Source: an uncultured Candidatus Saccharibacteria bacterium (GTDB taxonomy: Bacteria; Patescibacteriota; Saccharimonadia; UBA4664; CAZJNH01). From it: a DNA stretch of 64,000 nucleotides. A program made the position numbers and the translations under genes. Location of the stretch: positions 17,703 through 81,702 of the forward strand of contig CAZJNH010000005.1 in the NCBI GenBank assembly GCA_964547425.1, in the 5' to 3' direction. Numbering within the stretch: position 1 is the first letter of the stretch; each line of letters begins with the position of its first letter. This document shows positions 47,492 through 58,103 of the stretch, in pieces. The notes under the pieces were generated by a model. That model was not told where the DNA came from. It saw only the letters and a list, made by a program, of their open reading frames with translations, and did no database searches.

Positions 47492-47794
47492 CGCGGCCTT
47501 CATGGCAGAAGCGGCCTTTTCGGCTAAACCCAGCCACTCGTCCGAGTGTTTGGCCGGTACCACTACCCATTCCTTCATTGGACGACCCATGCCCGGATCG
47601 AACAGCTCGGCACCGTCGAGCTTGAGCGCCTCCTCGCGGTCGTTTTCATCCACCAATTTAAACACCATGTCGCCCTTCCACTCACCACCCAGCGCTTTGC
47701 CATTTAACTTCCAGACCGGCATGCCAAACATCTTGCCTTTATCTGCTTCGGCAAAATTACTCATCAATTCGTCGGCAATCTCATCAAACGTCAT
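47477..47794 (-). CDS. TfoX/YjbR-like small protein
   Basis: GKMFG, FDPGMGRPMKEWV. Confidence 0.7.
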   Translation of the reverse strand: MTFDEIADELMSNFAEADKGKMFGMPVWKLNGKALGGEWKGDMVFKLVDENDREEALKLDGAELFDPGMGRPMKEWVVVPAKHSDEWLGLAEKAASAMKAANSKS

Positions 47795-48881
47795 TTTTCC
47801 TCCTCGGGTACTTTAAAGAAAACTTTGGCTTTTTCATAAGTATCTTTGACCTCTTGGCCACTCTCCGGAAGCAGGTCGCGGATGCTGGGGAACAGCAAAT
47901 TAGCCACTTCATTAACTTGATATAGCTGGCGGTGTTTAAAGGTCTCGGCCAATCCCCGTTTGGAGTGCGGATGGTTTTGAACGCTTCTTAAAAACCCGGG
48001 ATCGCGCAGCTCATTGGGAAGCGCGCTATCTAGGGCTTTAATAATTTCCGGCGCGGCGATTGCTAGTATTTCCACTGGCGGCATTGGAGTGTTCGGTGGC
48101 ACCCGCTTTATCACTAAGTTAGAGAACATTGGCAGATGCTCTTCCGACCAATCAGGATGCTGAGTGATGCTTTCGATAGTAATTTGCATGCCAAGCGCGG
48201 CATCCTCGGCCGTGACCTCGGGATCGTCGTATTGTTGCGATTGTTCGCGGGCGTAACGACGTATGTTGCTAGCCAAAATACTCACTTCGTTTACAAACTG
48301 CTGGCGGGGATTTTCGAACTGGCTCAAGAACTCCACGTACGGCTCAGCTTGGGGTAAGTAATCTTTGGCCTTGTCTAGCATCGGCTTTACTCGCTCCGGA
48401 AATTCTTGCTCTATCCGCCGGTTAATTGCCCTTCGGGCAGGGATCCCGACCCCAACTCCAGCCGACAACGCGGCTAGTTTATCGACGGTGTTTAGTTTGG
48501 ACACTAACTTCTTGATTGGCTTGCGATAAGGGCGCACATCCTCCGGTTTTAGCTCCTCGCCGGCCTGGACCCTTTCAATCAAAGGCCATAACGAGAGCGC
48601 GTGCTCCGTGGAGTAGTGGGCGTGGTAGCCATAAGTCGTGTAGGGGTAACGCATAATGCTTCGGTCAATAAATGCCATAGTGCCTAAGGCCTGGCCAAGT
48701 TCAGTTAGCGGCCGTGTTGGGATGCCCAAAACTTCTATCGGCATTTCCGGAGACTTCGGATCGAAGAACTTGTTGGCGTTGGATTCAGACTTAAGCGGCT
48801 CAGAGCTGGTTGTTTCTAGGTTTTGATACTCAGAGCTAAACTGCTCCTCTCCCGAAGTATCGCCGGGTGTTTCGCCAGACA

Positions 48882-48882
<1 letters not shown>
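47791..48882 (-). CDS. Orphan 363-aa protein with acidic N-terminus
   Basis: TAATG and ATGA coupling to its neighbours. Confidence 0.7.
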
Positions 48883-49289
<407 letters not shown>

Positions 49290-49334
49290 AGTATTATGAT
49301 ACCGCCAATTGGAGCATCGACCGAGAGGAATGAG

Positions 49335-49733
49335 ATGGGCGACGAAGGTGATGTAGGGCAGGCAAACGCCGAGCGCATCCGGCGTGAAGGTGCCAATCTT
49401 GATTACGAAGCAGAGGCTCGGGAAGCCATCGCCCGCTCGTGGGAGCTGACCGATCCAACCTGCCAGGCGCTGGCCTTGCAGGATGCCACGGCCTACGCGA
49501 TCTTGAACCTGCCGCGGACCCAAGAGCGCATCGTCGAGGCGGTCGGTCGGATCTTCCGCTTCGGCTACGTCAACTACCGCGGTGAAGCATCGACCAGGGA
49601 GGTGGTTTTCCACTACTTCTGGTATGGGCATAGCGAGTACCACGCCGAGGACCAGTTCTTCCTCCGAGGCATGGATGTCCAGAAGAAGGAGATGCGCGAC
49701 TTCGCGGTCAAAGACATCAAACAGTGGCTCTAG
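49335..49733 (+). CDS. Stand-alone WYL-like domain protein
   Basis: YVNYRGE.STR..., FFLRGMD..K..RDFA..DI; GAGAGGA SD; hairpin after the stop. Confidence 0.7.
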   Translation: MGDEGDVGQANAERIRREGANLDYEAEAREAIARSWELTDPTCQALALQDATAYAILNLPRTQERIVEAVGRIFRFGYVNYRGEASTREVVFHYFWYGHSEYHAEDQFFLRGMDVQKKEMRDFAVKDIKQWL

Positions 49734-49799
49734 CGCCCTCAAGCACGGAGACGACCTCCCAAGCTTGGGGGCGTCGTCTTTTTGTATTATGCTTACGCT

Positions 49800-50471
49800 A
49801 TGAAGCACAAAATCTTAGTATTATTTTACAGCTTTTCCGGCAAGACCGCCGATGTCGCCCGCGAAGTCGCGGCCGGAGCCAAGATGGTGACGGACTGCGA
49901 AGTCGAAGTTAAACGCGTACCCGAAACCATCCCAGAGGCTTTTTTTGACGAACACCCGCAGTTCAAGGTCACCAGGCAAGCTCTTGAAAGTGAGTTTCCG
50001 GAAGCGACCGTCGATGATTTAACTTCGGCCGATGCCGTGGCCTTCGGCTCTCCGGTTCATTTTGGCTCTTTCGCGTCACAAATTAAGTCGTTCATCGACC
50101 AGCTCTCACCGGTCTATATCAAGGGCACCATGGCCAACAAACCGGCAGCCGTTTTTTGCTCCGGCGGCTCGATCCACGGCGGCGAAGAGGCCACTTTGCT
50201 TTCGATGATTATTCCGCTACTCAACCTCGGCATGTTGCCGGTTGGGATCCCCTACCCAATCCAGGGCGAAGGCGTCGACTTTGACGCCGGTAGCCCCTAT
50301 GGAGCCACGTTTACCTCGGGCCACAAAGGCGATCTCAAAATGAGTGCCGCCGACAAGGAAGTCGCCAAGGTCCTCGGCCGCCGCCTGGCCATGCTGGCCC
50401 AAGTGGTTAACTGCGCCTGCGAGTCCTGCCAAGCCAACCGCGACCTCGTCAAACAACCCATCGGCGAATAA
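49800..50471 (+). CDS. wrbA: NAD(P)H:quinone oxidoreductase, WrbA family
   Basis: [26 protein letters not shown]. Confidence 0.88.
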   Translation: MKHKILVLFYSFSGKTADVAREVAAGAKMVTDCEVEVKRVPETIPEAFFDEHPQFKVTRQALESEFPEATVDDLTSADAVAFGSPVHFGSFASQIKSFIDQLSPVYIKGTMANKPAAVFCSGGSIHGGEEATLLSMIIPLLNLGMLPVGIPYPIQGEGVDFDAGSPYGATFTSGHKGDLKMSAADKEVAKVLGRRLAMLAQVVNCACESCQANRDLVKQPIGE

Positions 50472-50512
50472 ATCTAAAGCTTGAGGCCGCCCTTACAGGC
50501 GGCCTCAGTTCG

Positions 50513-51238
50513 TTACATTAGATCCTTGCGAGCTTCTTGCCACAGCACCGTCAAGCCGACGAGCAAGGTAAGAAGTTGAGTGCTGTCGTCGAGGTTGTGA
50601 GGGAACAATTGAAGACCCCCATCTCGATAACGCCAATTCCAGTCGTCACCATCGGCGCCGAGATCGCAGGCATTGCCCGGGGCACCGATGTAGAAACAGT
50701 TTTCGTTGTTAACAACCCGGCACTCCTGCTCGGCCCACTCGCGCTCGTAGCCCGGCCACAACCGGCAGAGCAGTTCGACCATGGCGGCTTGGGCTTTGGC
50801 GGCGGAGGCCTGGTCATGACGGCCCAACCAACGCCGCATCGCCGGAGAAATCTTTGCACCCAGACCGAGCCGAGGATGGTTGTCACCGGCCCACATCGTA
50901 ACGGTTACCAGCTGGCCGGGCGTGCCTGGATAACCGGTTTCGAGTGAGAGTAATTCGGCAATGTTGCCGATCCCCTGGACAAATCCCCGCAACCTTTCCC
51001 CAAACTCTGGGGTGCGGGTTTCCGTCGGTTCGCCTTCCGGTATTTCCCATTCGATGTAACCTTTTGGATCCTTCAAGCGCGGCCCCGTCAACCCTGCTTC
51101 CGCGACCTTGCTGGTGAAGTAACCCGCCGGACCGGCATAGCGCAAGGTGAACTTGAACTCCTCGTATTCAAGGTGATACACCGCCGGCAACTCATGCTGT
51201 GCCAAGTAATGCAAAGACAGCACTTCATGCTCCGTCAC
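50513..51238 (-). CDS. Orphan ~240-aa protein
   Basis: TAGAAT, GATCTTTGAG boxA-like motif, GAGAGGAG SD; hairpin TGAGGCCGCC...GGCGGCCTCA after the stop. Confidence 0.65.
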   Translation of the reverse strand: MTEHEVLSLHYLAQHELPAVYHLEYEEFKFTLRYAGPAGYFTSKVAEAGLTGPRLKDPKGYIEWEIPEGEPTETRTPEFGERLRGFVQGIGNIAELLSLETGYPGTPGQLVTVTMWAGDNHPRLGLGAKISPAMRRWLGRHDQASAAKAQAAMVELLCRLWPGYEREWAEQECRVVNNENCFYIGAPGNACDLGADGDDWNWRYRDGGLQLFPHNLDDSTQLLTLLVGLTVLWQEARKDLM

Positions 51239-51295
51239 GATAGCTCCTCTCAAAGATCTCTGCCCAGTTCGGCTATTCTAGCAAAAATAATTCCT

Positions 51296-51385
51296 TGGCG
51301 GAGAGGGAGGGATTCGAACCCTCGATGCCCTTGCGGACATACGCGCTTTCCAAGCGCGCGCACTAGGCCACTATGCGACCTCTCC
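51296..51385 (-). tRNA. tRNA-Ser(GGA)
   Basis: GGAGAGG acceptor stem, CGCGC-TTGGAAA-GCGCG anticodon arm, long variable arm, GTTCGAATC, encoded CCA. Confidence 0.97.
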
Positions 51386-51467
51386 GCGACAGCTTATTAT
51401 TGTATCTTTCCATCTGTAATTTTGCTAGAATACTCCGACTTGGCGGTGATCGTTGAAAGGACAAGGC

Positions 51468-52100
51468 ATGTGGGATACAAGCTTGGAAAGCTGGCTTCAG
51501 CTGTGGAGAGGCATCCAGCAAATCTCGACGGGTGGTCACCAGCGGTACGAGCAGCTCGTTGCGCTTTATTCAGAGCCTCACCGTGCCTATCACAATCTCG
51601 CCCACATCGCACACTGTCTGCGAGAGCTGAACGAATGCGAATACCCATACGCCGAAGAGCTGGCATTCGCGATTTGGTACCACGATGCCATCTACGACCC
51701 CCGAGCTCACGACAATGAAAAGCGCAGTCTGGAACTTGCGAATGAAGTGATGAGCTGGGGTAGTTTCTTACGCCGCACCGGTGGAATGGTCAGCCATATG
51801 ATCATGTCGACCAAACACGACGGAGAGCCTGTGGATGATGGCTGTAAGACCATGGCCGATATCGACCTTGCAATCCTCGGCCAACCTCCGTCTGAATTCG
51901 ACATCTATGAGCGGCAGATTCGCGAGGAATACTCGTGGGTGGATGACGAGGATTTCCGAACGGGTCGTCTCAAGCTACTAACCAGCTTTGCCAACCGGCA
52001 ATCGGTTTACTTCACCGAGCACTTCCAGAAGAAGTACGAAGCTCAAGCACGTAGCAATCTCGAGCATTCAATCGCTCGGCTCCAGGGCGGGGACCACTAA
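51468..52100 (+). CDS. HD-superfamily predicted metal-dependent phosphohydrolase
   Basis: YSEPHRAYHNLAHI, WYHDAIYDP, DIDLAILG, IREEY. Confidence 0.88.
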   Translation: MWDTSLESWLQLWRGIQQISTGGHQRYEQLVALYSEPHRAYHNLAHIAHCLRELNECEYPYAEELAFAIWYHDAIYDPRAHDNEKRSLELANEVMSWGSFLRRTGGMVSHMIMSTKHDGEPVDDGCKTMADIDLAILGQPPSEFDIYERQIREEYSWVDDEDFRTGRLKLLTSFANRQSVYFTEHFQKKYEAQARSNLEHSIARLQGGDH

Positions 52101-52137
52101 GTCCCCGCCCTGCTGTATTACTGTAAGGGAAGTCGAG

Positions 52138-52473
52138 TTACATTCCGGGGACGTCTTGGAGCTCGTAAACGTCGACACAGAACTTGCCGGTTTTGTCGGA
52201 GAGAAACGGGTGGCCATCAACTAGCTTGACCGCCGCGGCCATGTCTGCGGCCTGGATGATTGAGTAGCCATTCAGCTGCGGGACTTCGCCTTTTGAACCG
52301 TCATCCTTCACACATTCGCCGTTACGGTCCATTGGCTGGCCCATATCGACCATCGCGCTACCTAGCTTGTCCATCCACACACTCCAGTGGCCCATAATTT
52401 CTTTGGCCTTTTCCGGATCCATATCTTTGGCTTCGGTCGCCGGGCCATTGTAAAGCAATATAAACTTTTTCAT
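52138..52473 (-). CDS. YciI/DGPF-like protein
   Basis: MKKFILLY, W..W, GYSIIQAADM..A, HPF. Confidence 0.7.
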   Translation of the reverse strand: MKKFILLYNGPATEAKDMDPEKAKEIMGHWSVWMDKLGSAMVDMGQPMDRNGECVKDDGSKGEVPQLNGYSIIQAADMAAAVKLVDGHPFLSDKTGKFCVDVYELQDVPGM

Positions 52474-52542
52474 TCGAGCCTCCTTTACTTAGGTGCCGAT
52501 TCTACACCCGGTGATCAACTAAATCTACGTTACAATTGCCAC

Positions 52543-53310
52543 ATGCCAAGAAAGAAAATCGTACTGGCCCCTCCTCGAATGTTCGACCCAACAGGACCGG
52601 ACATCACGTTAGTTCAGGAGGTTGGTAGCCGACTGCCGGCTTCGGTTAATCCTTACGTCATCGGTGGGGCTGCTCGAAACGCGCTATATTACCAAACCTT
52701 CGGCAAGGGCTTAGCCCAGCGAGATTTCGACCTGCTAGCTTTACCAGGGGACGCCACCAAGTTTGTTGATTTCTGCCGAAGAGAGCTTGGTTTCGTATAC
52801 GGTAAAATTCGTCGAAAGTCGGAAGTCGTAGTCCGTAAAAATTTCGTTGAGAAGCCTCAAAACATCACCCATTACGTATACTTTGACCTTCATATTAGCG
52901 AAGAAGCCGATGTTTTGACCAACCTACGCCTAAACTCTGCTTTCACAATTAACGGCTTCGCCATCCCGCTCAAAAGTTTTCCCAAGCTCGACAAGTTAAT
53001 CTCCTTGCCCGGAGCCGTCGACGATTTGAAGAATCGGCAACTGCGGTTAAACCCAGATGGCTATAAATTCCACCCCGGAAACTTGTTTGCCTGCTTGAGG
53101 TTCATGTCGGTCGGTTATAAACCACCGAGTGCCGAAGAGGTGGAACTTCTGGCTAAAGAACTGCCAAAGCTCGAGAAGTGGCGCTTCAATCGCAACGTCA
53201 AAAAAGTCTTTACCTACGTTGGCGGTGAAGCAAATGCCCGCAAGCTGGCCAAACGGCTGGGTGTCGAGGCAGACATATTTAATTTGGATGAGCTTCGCAA
53301 ATCGATATGA
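52543..53310 (+). CDS. Class II (CCA/poly(A) polymerase-like) nucleotidyltransferase, divergent
   Basis: YVIGGAARN...RDFDL motif A, FTING, GAVDDLKNRQLR. Confidence 0.7.
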   Translation: MPRKKIVLAPPRMFDPTGPDITLVQEVGSRLPASVNPYVIGGAARNALYYQTFGKGLAQRDFDLLALPGDATKFVDFCRRELGFVYGKIRRKSEVVVRKNFVEKPQNITHYVYFDLHISEEADVLTNLRLNSAFTINGFAIPLKSFPKLDKLISLPGAVDDLKNRQLRLNPDGYKFHPGNLFACLRFMSVGYKPPSAEEVELLAKELPKLEKWRFNRNVKKVFTYVGGEANARKLAKRLGVEADIFNLDELRKSI

Positions 53311-53801
53311 GATACGTAGCGTTTTTGCGTGGAATTAACGTTGGCGGCAACAAGAAGGTGCCGATGGCAGACCTAAAAGTCTGCCTGGAAAAAGCTGGGT
53401 TTGAGAATGTTAAAACCCTACTCAACTCCGGCAATGTCGCTTTTAATGCCGAAAAAGTCACCGAAGGCGAAATCGAAGAACTCATCGGACAATCGTTCGG
53501 CTTTTCAGTCGGCGTGCTAATCAGGCCGCAAGATTCGCTCAAACAACTGGTCGAGATGGATCCTTTTAAGAACATCAAAAATGCTAAGGCTCTTTATGTG
53601 ACTTTCTTACGCGACAAGCCCATCGATCACAGTCCCGGCGAGTTCAAATTACTTAAGGTCGAGGACGACGCGGCGTTCTGGTACGTCGAGGATAAAGATG
53701 GTCGCGGGACGCTCGACGCGATGAGTTGGTGGGACAAACAATTCGGTAAAAATATAACCACCCGCAACTGGAACACCGTCGTGAAAGCGGCAAATCTGTG
53801 A
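53307..53801 (+). CDS. DUF1697 family protein
   Basis: YVAFLRGINVGG, SGNV, TTRNWNT. Confidence 0.9.
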   Translation: MRYVAFLRGINVGGNKKVPMADLKVCLEKAGFENVKTLLNSGNVAFNAEKVTEGEIEELIGQSFGFSVGVLIRPQDSLKQLVEMDPFKNIKNAKALYVTFLRDKPIDHSPGEFKLLKVEDDAAFWYVEDKDGRGTLDAMSWWDKQFGKNITTRNWNTVVKAANL

Positions 53802-54376
53802 CGAACGGCGACGCGCCAATGCAAGCTTTTAGTTCAGCCGAAAAGTTCGCGGAGTGGCTGGATAAAAATCATGATCAATCGGACGGGATTTGGCTCCGGT
53901 TTTACAAAAAAGCTTCGGGTGTGCCAACCGTGGTTTACTCCGAGGCGGTTGACGTCGCGCTCTGTTACGGCTGGATCGATAGCCAAATGAAATCCTTGGA
54001 CGAGCAGTCTTACATCCAGAAATTCACTCCACGCCGAGCCAAGAGTATGTGGTCCAAAGTAAACATCGAAAAAGTCGAGCGGCTAATCAAAGAAGGCAAG
54101 ATGTCTGCCGCAGGCCTTGCCCAAATCGAAGCCGCCAAAGCCGATGGAAGATGGGACAAGGCTTACCATTCGCAAAGCACATTTGTGATGGACGAGGATT
54201 TCCTGCGGGCCCTAACCAAACAACCTAAGGCTCAAGCGTTTTACGATTCGCTGACCAAAGCTAACAAATACGCAATATACTTCCGCATTCATCACACCAA
54301 ACCAGAAAAACGATCCGCGAAGATCAGCGAGATGGTCGCCATGCTCGAAGCGGGCAAGGCTATCCACCTGATTTAA
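53798..54376 (+). CDS. YdeI/OmpD-associated family protein
   Basis: ALCYGWIDS, FTPRR..S.WS..N, AKADGRW. Confidence 0.9.
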   Translation: MTNGDAPMQAFSSAEKFAEWLDKNHDQSDGIWLRFYKKASGVPTVVYSEAVDVALCYGWIDSQMKSLDEQSYIQKFTPRRAKSMWSKVNIEKVERLIKEGKMSAAGLAQIEAAKADGRWDKAYHSQSTFVMDEDFLRALTKQPKAQAFYDSLTKANKYAIYFRIHHTKPEKRSAKISEMVAMLEAGKAIHLI

Positions 54377-54391
54377 GCGTAGAATAGGGTT

Positions 54392-55066
54392 GTGAACATC
54401 ATTGAGTTAAAGAAGGTTAGCAAAGTTTATGGCAAAGGTGATGCCAGGACTTTGGCGATCAAAGATATCAACCTTTCGATCAAACAAGGTGAGTTCGTGG
54501 CGATTATGGGCCCATCCGGGTCGGGTAAATCAACCTTGCTCTCAATTCTTGGTCTTCTCGATATTCCCTCCTCAGGCGAATACGAGCTGGCGGGCGAGAC
54601 GATTAAAGATAAAAGCGATCGCTGGCTGGCACGGTTCCGTCGGGAAAAGATCGGCTTTGTTTTTCAAACCTTCAACCTTATCCCCCGTTTGTCGCTTTCG
54701 GCCAACGTTGAGCTGCCGATGATTTACGGCGGCTGGAGCAAGAAAGACCGCCACTCTCGATCAAAGGAGTTGTTGGAAATGGTCGGATTAGGCCATCGCG
54801 CAAAGAACAACCCGAATCAAATTTCCGGCGGTGAAACTCAGCGGGCAGCGATTGCCCGCGCTTTAGCCAACCACCCTAGCCTAATTCTTGCCGATGAGCC
54901 GACCGGAAACCTGGACAGCAAAACCAGCCTTCAGGTTATGGAGATCCTTCGTGGCCTGCACAAAGAAGGCAACACTGTAGTACTAATCACCCACGAGGCA
55001 CATTTAGCTAGGTTCGCTTCCCGCACCATCCACTTGCGTGACGGCGAGATTGTGAGAAGCAAGTGA
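54392..55066 (+). CDS. ABC transporter ATP-binding protein (LolD/MacB type)
   Basis: GPSGSGKST, ISGGE, LADEPTGNLD. Confidence 0.95.
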   Translation: MNIIELKKVSKVYGKGDARTLAIKDINLSIKQGEFVAIMGPSGSGKSTLLSILGLLDIPSSGEYELAGETIKDKSDRWLARFRREKIGFVFQTFNLIPRLSLSANVELPMIYGGWSKKDRHSRSKELLEMVGLGHRAKNNPNQISGGETQRAAIARALANHPSLILADEPTGNLDSKTSLQVMEILRGLHKEGNTVVLITHEAHLARFASRTIHLRDGEIVRSK

Positions 55067-56295
55067 TCTGGGAAAGCATCAAAATGGCACTAAATAGCAT
55101 CCGCAGCGCCAAACTGCGCTCCTTCCTGACAATGCTTGGGATTATTATCGGCATCGCCTCCGTTGTCGCCATCAACGCCGTCGGCGCTGGCCTCAAACAG
55201 CAGGTCGCCGGGCAAGTGAACGATCTGGGTGCCAATCTGGTCTTTGTCCTGCCGGGTCAAGTTATTTCAAAGGAAGGCGGCAAGCAAAGTTTCAACCCTG
55301 GTGCCAGCATTGGCACGTCGACCTTAACCCGCCAAGACATCACCAGCATTGGTAAAACTCCGAACGTCACCAAAGTAACCGACTTTTCCCTAATCTCTGG
55401 TGTAGTTAGCCACGGCTCAACCTCTGATCCTGGAGCCTTACTGCTCGCGACCTCGCCGTCTTACACACAGGTTATAGAAAGCCCAAAGCTGGACGAAGGC
55501 CGCTTCCTCAACGCCGGCGACAAAGACGGTTATGTGGTGGTCTTGGGGGCTGCGGCGAGAGATACGCTGTTTGGCAAAGGCGGTAAATCGATCGGCAACG
55601 CAGTCGATATTCGCGGCAGGCAATTTAAAGTCGTTGGCGTAATGGCCTCGAGCGGTACCAACGGTTCCGGTTCGGTGGGCGGCCCAAGCCTGGATGACGC
55701 CGTTTACGTTAGTATCGACGCTGCCCGCAAGCTGACCGGCACCGAACCATCGATTTACCGAATCGGCGCCAAGGTGGATTCTCAAGATCATGTAGCCCCT
55801 GCGGTCGACGCGATTAAGGCAACTTTAAAGAAAAACCACGGCGGACAGGAGGACTTTAGTGTCCTGACGCAGAAGGATCTACTTTCAACCGTTAATACTA
55901 TCTTGAACGCCCTCACCAGTGCGGTCGCGGCGATTGGCGGCATTGCTCTGTTGGTTGGCGGCATCGGCATTATGAACATTATGTTGGTAGCTGTGACTGA
56001 GCGGACGCGCGAAATTGGGATTCGCAAAGCTTTGGGGGCTACCCGAACGATGATTTTGATGCAGTTTTTAGTAGAGGCGGCGGTAATCAGTTTATTAGGC
56101 GGGGGGTTCGGTATGCTGGCCGCATTTGGTATGGGCCGGCTGGCTGGCAGAGTGACCAAGATTCCTCCGGTCTTTACGGCCCAGATTTTAATAACGGCTG
56201 TGGGCATTACGGTACTAATCGGCGTCATCTTTGGGCTAGCGCCAGCCATCAAAGCAGCTCGAAAACGACCGATCGAAGCTCTGCGCTATGAGTAA
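55063..56295 (+). CDS. MacB/FtsX-like ABC permease
   Basis: RSFLTMLGIIIG, GGIGIMNIM..VTERTREIGIRKALGA, PIEALRYE. Confidence 0.95.
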   Translation: MIWESIKMALNSIRSAKLRSFLTMLGIIIGIASVVAINAVGAGLKQQVAGQVNDLGANLVFVLPGQVISKEGGKQSFNPGASIGTSTLTRQDITSIGKTPNVTKVTDFSLISGVVSHGSTSDPGALLLATSPSYTQVIESPKLDEGRFLNAGDKDGYVVVLGAAARDTLFGKGGKSIGNAVDIRGRQFKVVGVMASSGTNGSGSVGGPSLDDAVYVSIDAARKLTGTEPSIYRIGAKVDSQDHVAPAVDAIKATLKKNHGGQEDFSVLTQKDLLSTVNTILNALTSAVAAIGGIALLVGGIGIMNIMLVAVTERTREIGIRKALGATRTMILMQFLVEAAVISLLGGGFGMLAAFGMGRLAGRVTKIPPVFTAQILITAVGITVLIGVIFGLAPAIKAARKRPIEALRYE

Positions 56296-56314
56296 CAACG
56301 ACCTTCATCAAAAC

Positions 56315-56372
56315 CTTGTAATTCTCTAACCTGAAAAGGGTTACACCCTTAACAGATTGGGGAATTACAAGG
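56315..56372. repeat. 58-bp REP-like hairpin, copy 2
   Basis: 57/58 identical to 41181-41238. Confidence 0.85.
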
Positions 56373-56386
56373 TTTGCGTTTGAGGC

Positions 56387-57418
56387 TTAAGAGAGGTCTT
56401 TTTTGAGGGTTTCGATGAGGTCGACGGAGGAGGGATCAACTTTATTGAGGATGCCGAGATAAACGCCTACGAAGTCGCCGAGTAGTTGGGTCCAGAGCAG
56501 TTGTTGGAGTTTGGTCTCCCCTTCCGCTTTAACTTCGATCGGGGAGGGCATTTTGCCTGAAAGCAGACGATTTGAAATCTCCCAGCGTTCGGCGATCTTG
56601 GGATGGTCGAGCGAAGACTGTAGTTCAATCACTTTGAATAGCTTGGTTTCCGGCTTTAGCCACCCCTGGAATTCGTTGTGGTTAAATTCGCTCATCAGAT
56701 AATAAAACGCCACGTTCTTGGCGTTCTCGTTGATCGAAATCTTCCATTTCTGGGCAGCCGCTGCCAGCACTGGGCCGCTGTAAATCACCACGCTTGACCC
56801 AAGTAGCTTGTCGGCGATTTGCTTGGCCAAGTTTTCGTGCGCCGGTACCGTTTGGACCCACGCCGCGCCCTTGCCCTCCAACCAGTCGGCGGCCTGCTCC
56901 AGTTCCGCGGCAGCGCCGGTGGTGGCTCCAATTTGGTCGAGTGTAAGCGCAATCGCCTTCGCCATAGACAAAGCCGCTAGACGCTGCGGGATTCCGGCCG
57001 GGATTTCAAGTAGCGGCAACTCGGCAGATTTGGCTTCGGCCATTAACTCCCCACCCGCGGACAAAGCGACGATCTGCGCGCCTCGCGCCTTGGCCTCAGC
57101 AAACATCGACAGCGTTTCTTCGGTGTTGCCGGAGTAACTGGAAACAAAAACCAGACTGTTTTGGCCGACGAAGGCCGGTAGATGGTAGTCACGCACCACC
57201 ACAAAAGGCAGCTTTAGCCGATCACCCAGCCAGTTGCGGATTAACTCCGCCGCCAACGCCGAACCTCCCATGCCAGCGAGAACAATATTCGCGTAGGGTC
57301 TAGGAATTAGAGGCGAGAGGCTAGGGAATTGCTGCTTTAGTTGCTTGGCTTGTCCGGCTACTAACCCAAGCGCGTTGCCGCGGTCGATACTGTAAACAAA
57401 CTGGCCGTCGTCTAACAT
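56387..57418 (-). CDS. Bifunctional phosphoglucose/phosphomannose isomerase
   Basis: GMGGSAL, SYSGNTEET, WK..INENAK, EFNHNE; start moved to 57418. Confidence 0.93.
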   Translation of the reverse strand: MLDDGQFVYSIDRGNALGLVAGQAKQLKQQFPSLSPLIPRPYANIVLAGMGGSALAAELIRNWLGDRLKLPFVVVRDYHLPAFVGQNSLVFVSSYSGNTEETLSMFAEAKARGAQIVALSAGGELMAEAKSAELPLLEIPAGIPQRLAALSMAKAIALTLDQIGATTGAAAELEQAADWLEGKGAAWVQTVPAHENLAKQIADKLLGSSVVIYSGPVLAAAAQKWKISINENAKNVAFYYLMSEFNHNEFQGWLKPETKLFKVIELQSSLDHPKIAERWEISNRLLSGKMPSPIEVKAEGETKLQQLLWTQLLGDFVGVYLGILNKVDPSSVDLIETLKKDLS

Positions 57419-57439
57419 AAGCCTTATTTTACAGCAACG

Positions 57440-58103
57440 AAAAAAGCGACTCAGTTGATGAGTCGCTTCGCGTAAGGCGGGCTCGGGGAAATCTCCTTGC
57501 CAGAAGGAGATCTCCCCGAGCACGGTGGCCTCAGCTCTTTCGAGCTAACCCCCTCGGGGGTATTGGTTTCCGGAACTTAGCGTCCGGAGGTCTGGGGAAT
57601 TGAGCTTGCGACAGTCAGGTTCCCAACCTGCCCGTCACTCCGCGATACCCTGCGTGGGCCTAATTGAAAAACGCAGAGTGCTCAGTTCGTTGAACTGGTA
57701 ACAGCCAGGGTCTTCAATCCTGCGTTCTCCAGAGAAGCAAATCGATCTCGAGTGAAACCCGCACCTGCAGAAACCGCGCTATGCGGTTCTCAAAGAGCAG
57801 TACAGCCGCTCGAGCCGGGAAGTTGTTAGGCGTCGCCGCTGTGCCGATCAGGCATTTTCGGGCCTAGGCTCCGAACGTATGACGGGTGTTCCGTACCTCA
57901 GCAGCCGAGCGTTACTTCGTTCGATTGCCTCTTCGGGCCATTCTTCTGGGCTCCTCTTGTGCAGGCCTCGGCCTGCTGGCAACCCGGGAAGAATGTTACT
58001 CGTTCACTTTACTACGGAGGTCCCCTTTCCATGCGTATCCCCCAGTAGTGGAATTTGATCTTTCAAGGGATAGCTCCACCTCATCGCGCTTGAGCTATCG
58101 TTG
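57440..58103 (-). ncRNA. Candidate large structured non-coding RNA (~665 nt), family unknown
   Basis: TTGACA-17-TAGATT promoter (58110-58138), serial hairpins, no convincing sense ORF, terminator AAGCGACTCA...TGAGTCGCTTTTTT. Confidence 0.65.

Noticed and set aside
49290-49808. Apparent 308-aa MsrB fusion
   Set aside because: The extension is antisense to the WYL-like gene; MsrB starts at 49289.
51296-51385. Integrated element at tRNA-Ser
   Set aside because: No integrase and no duplicated tRNA 3' end were found in the window.
57419-57523. N-terminal extension of PGI/PMI
   Set aside because: It runs through a terminator hairpin; a TAAAAT -10 box supports the ATG at 57418.
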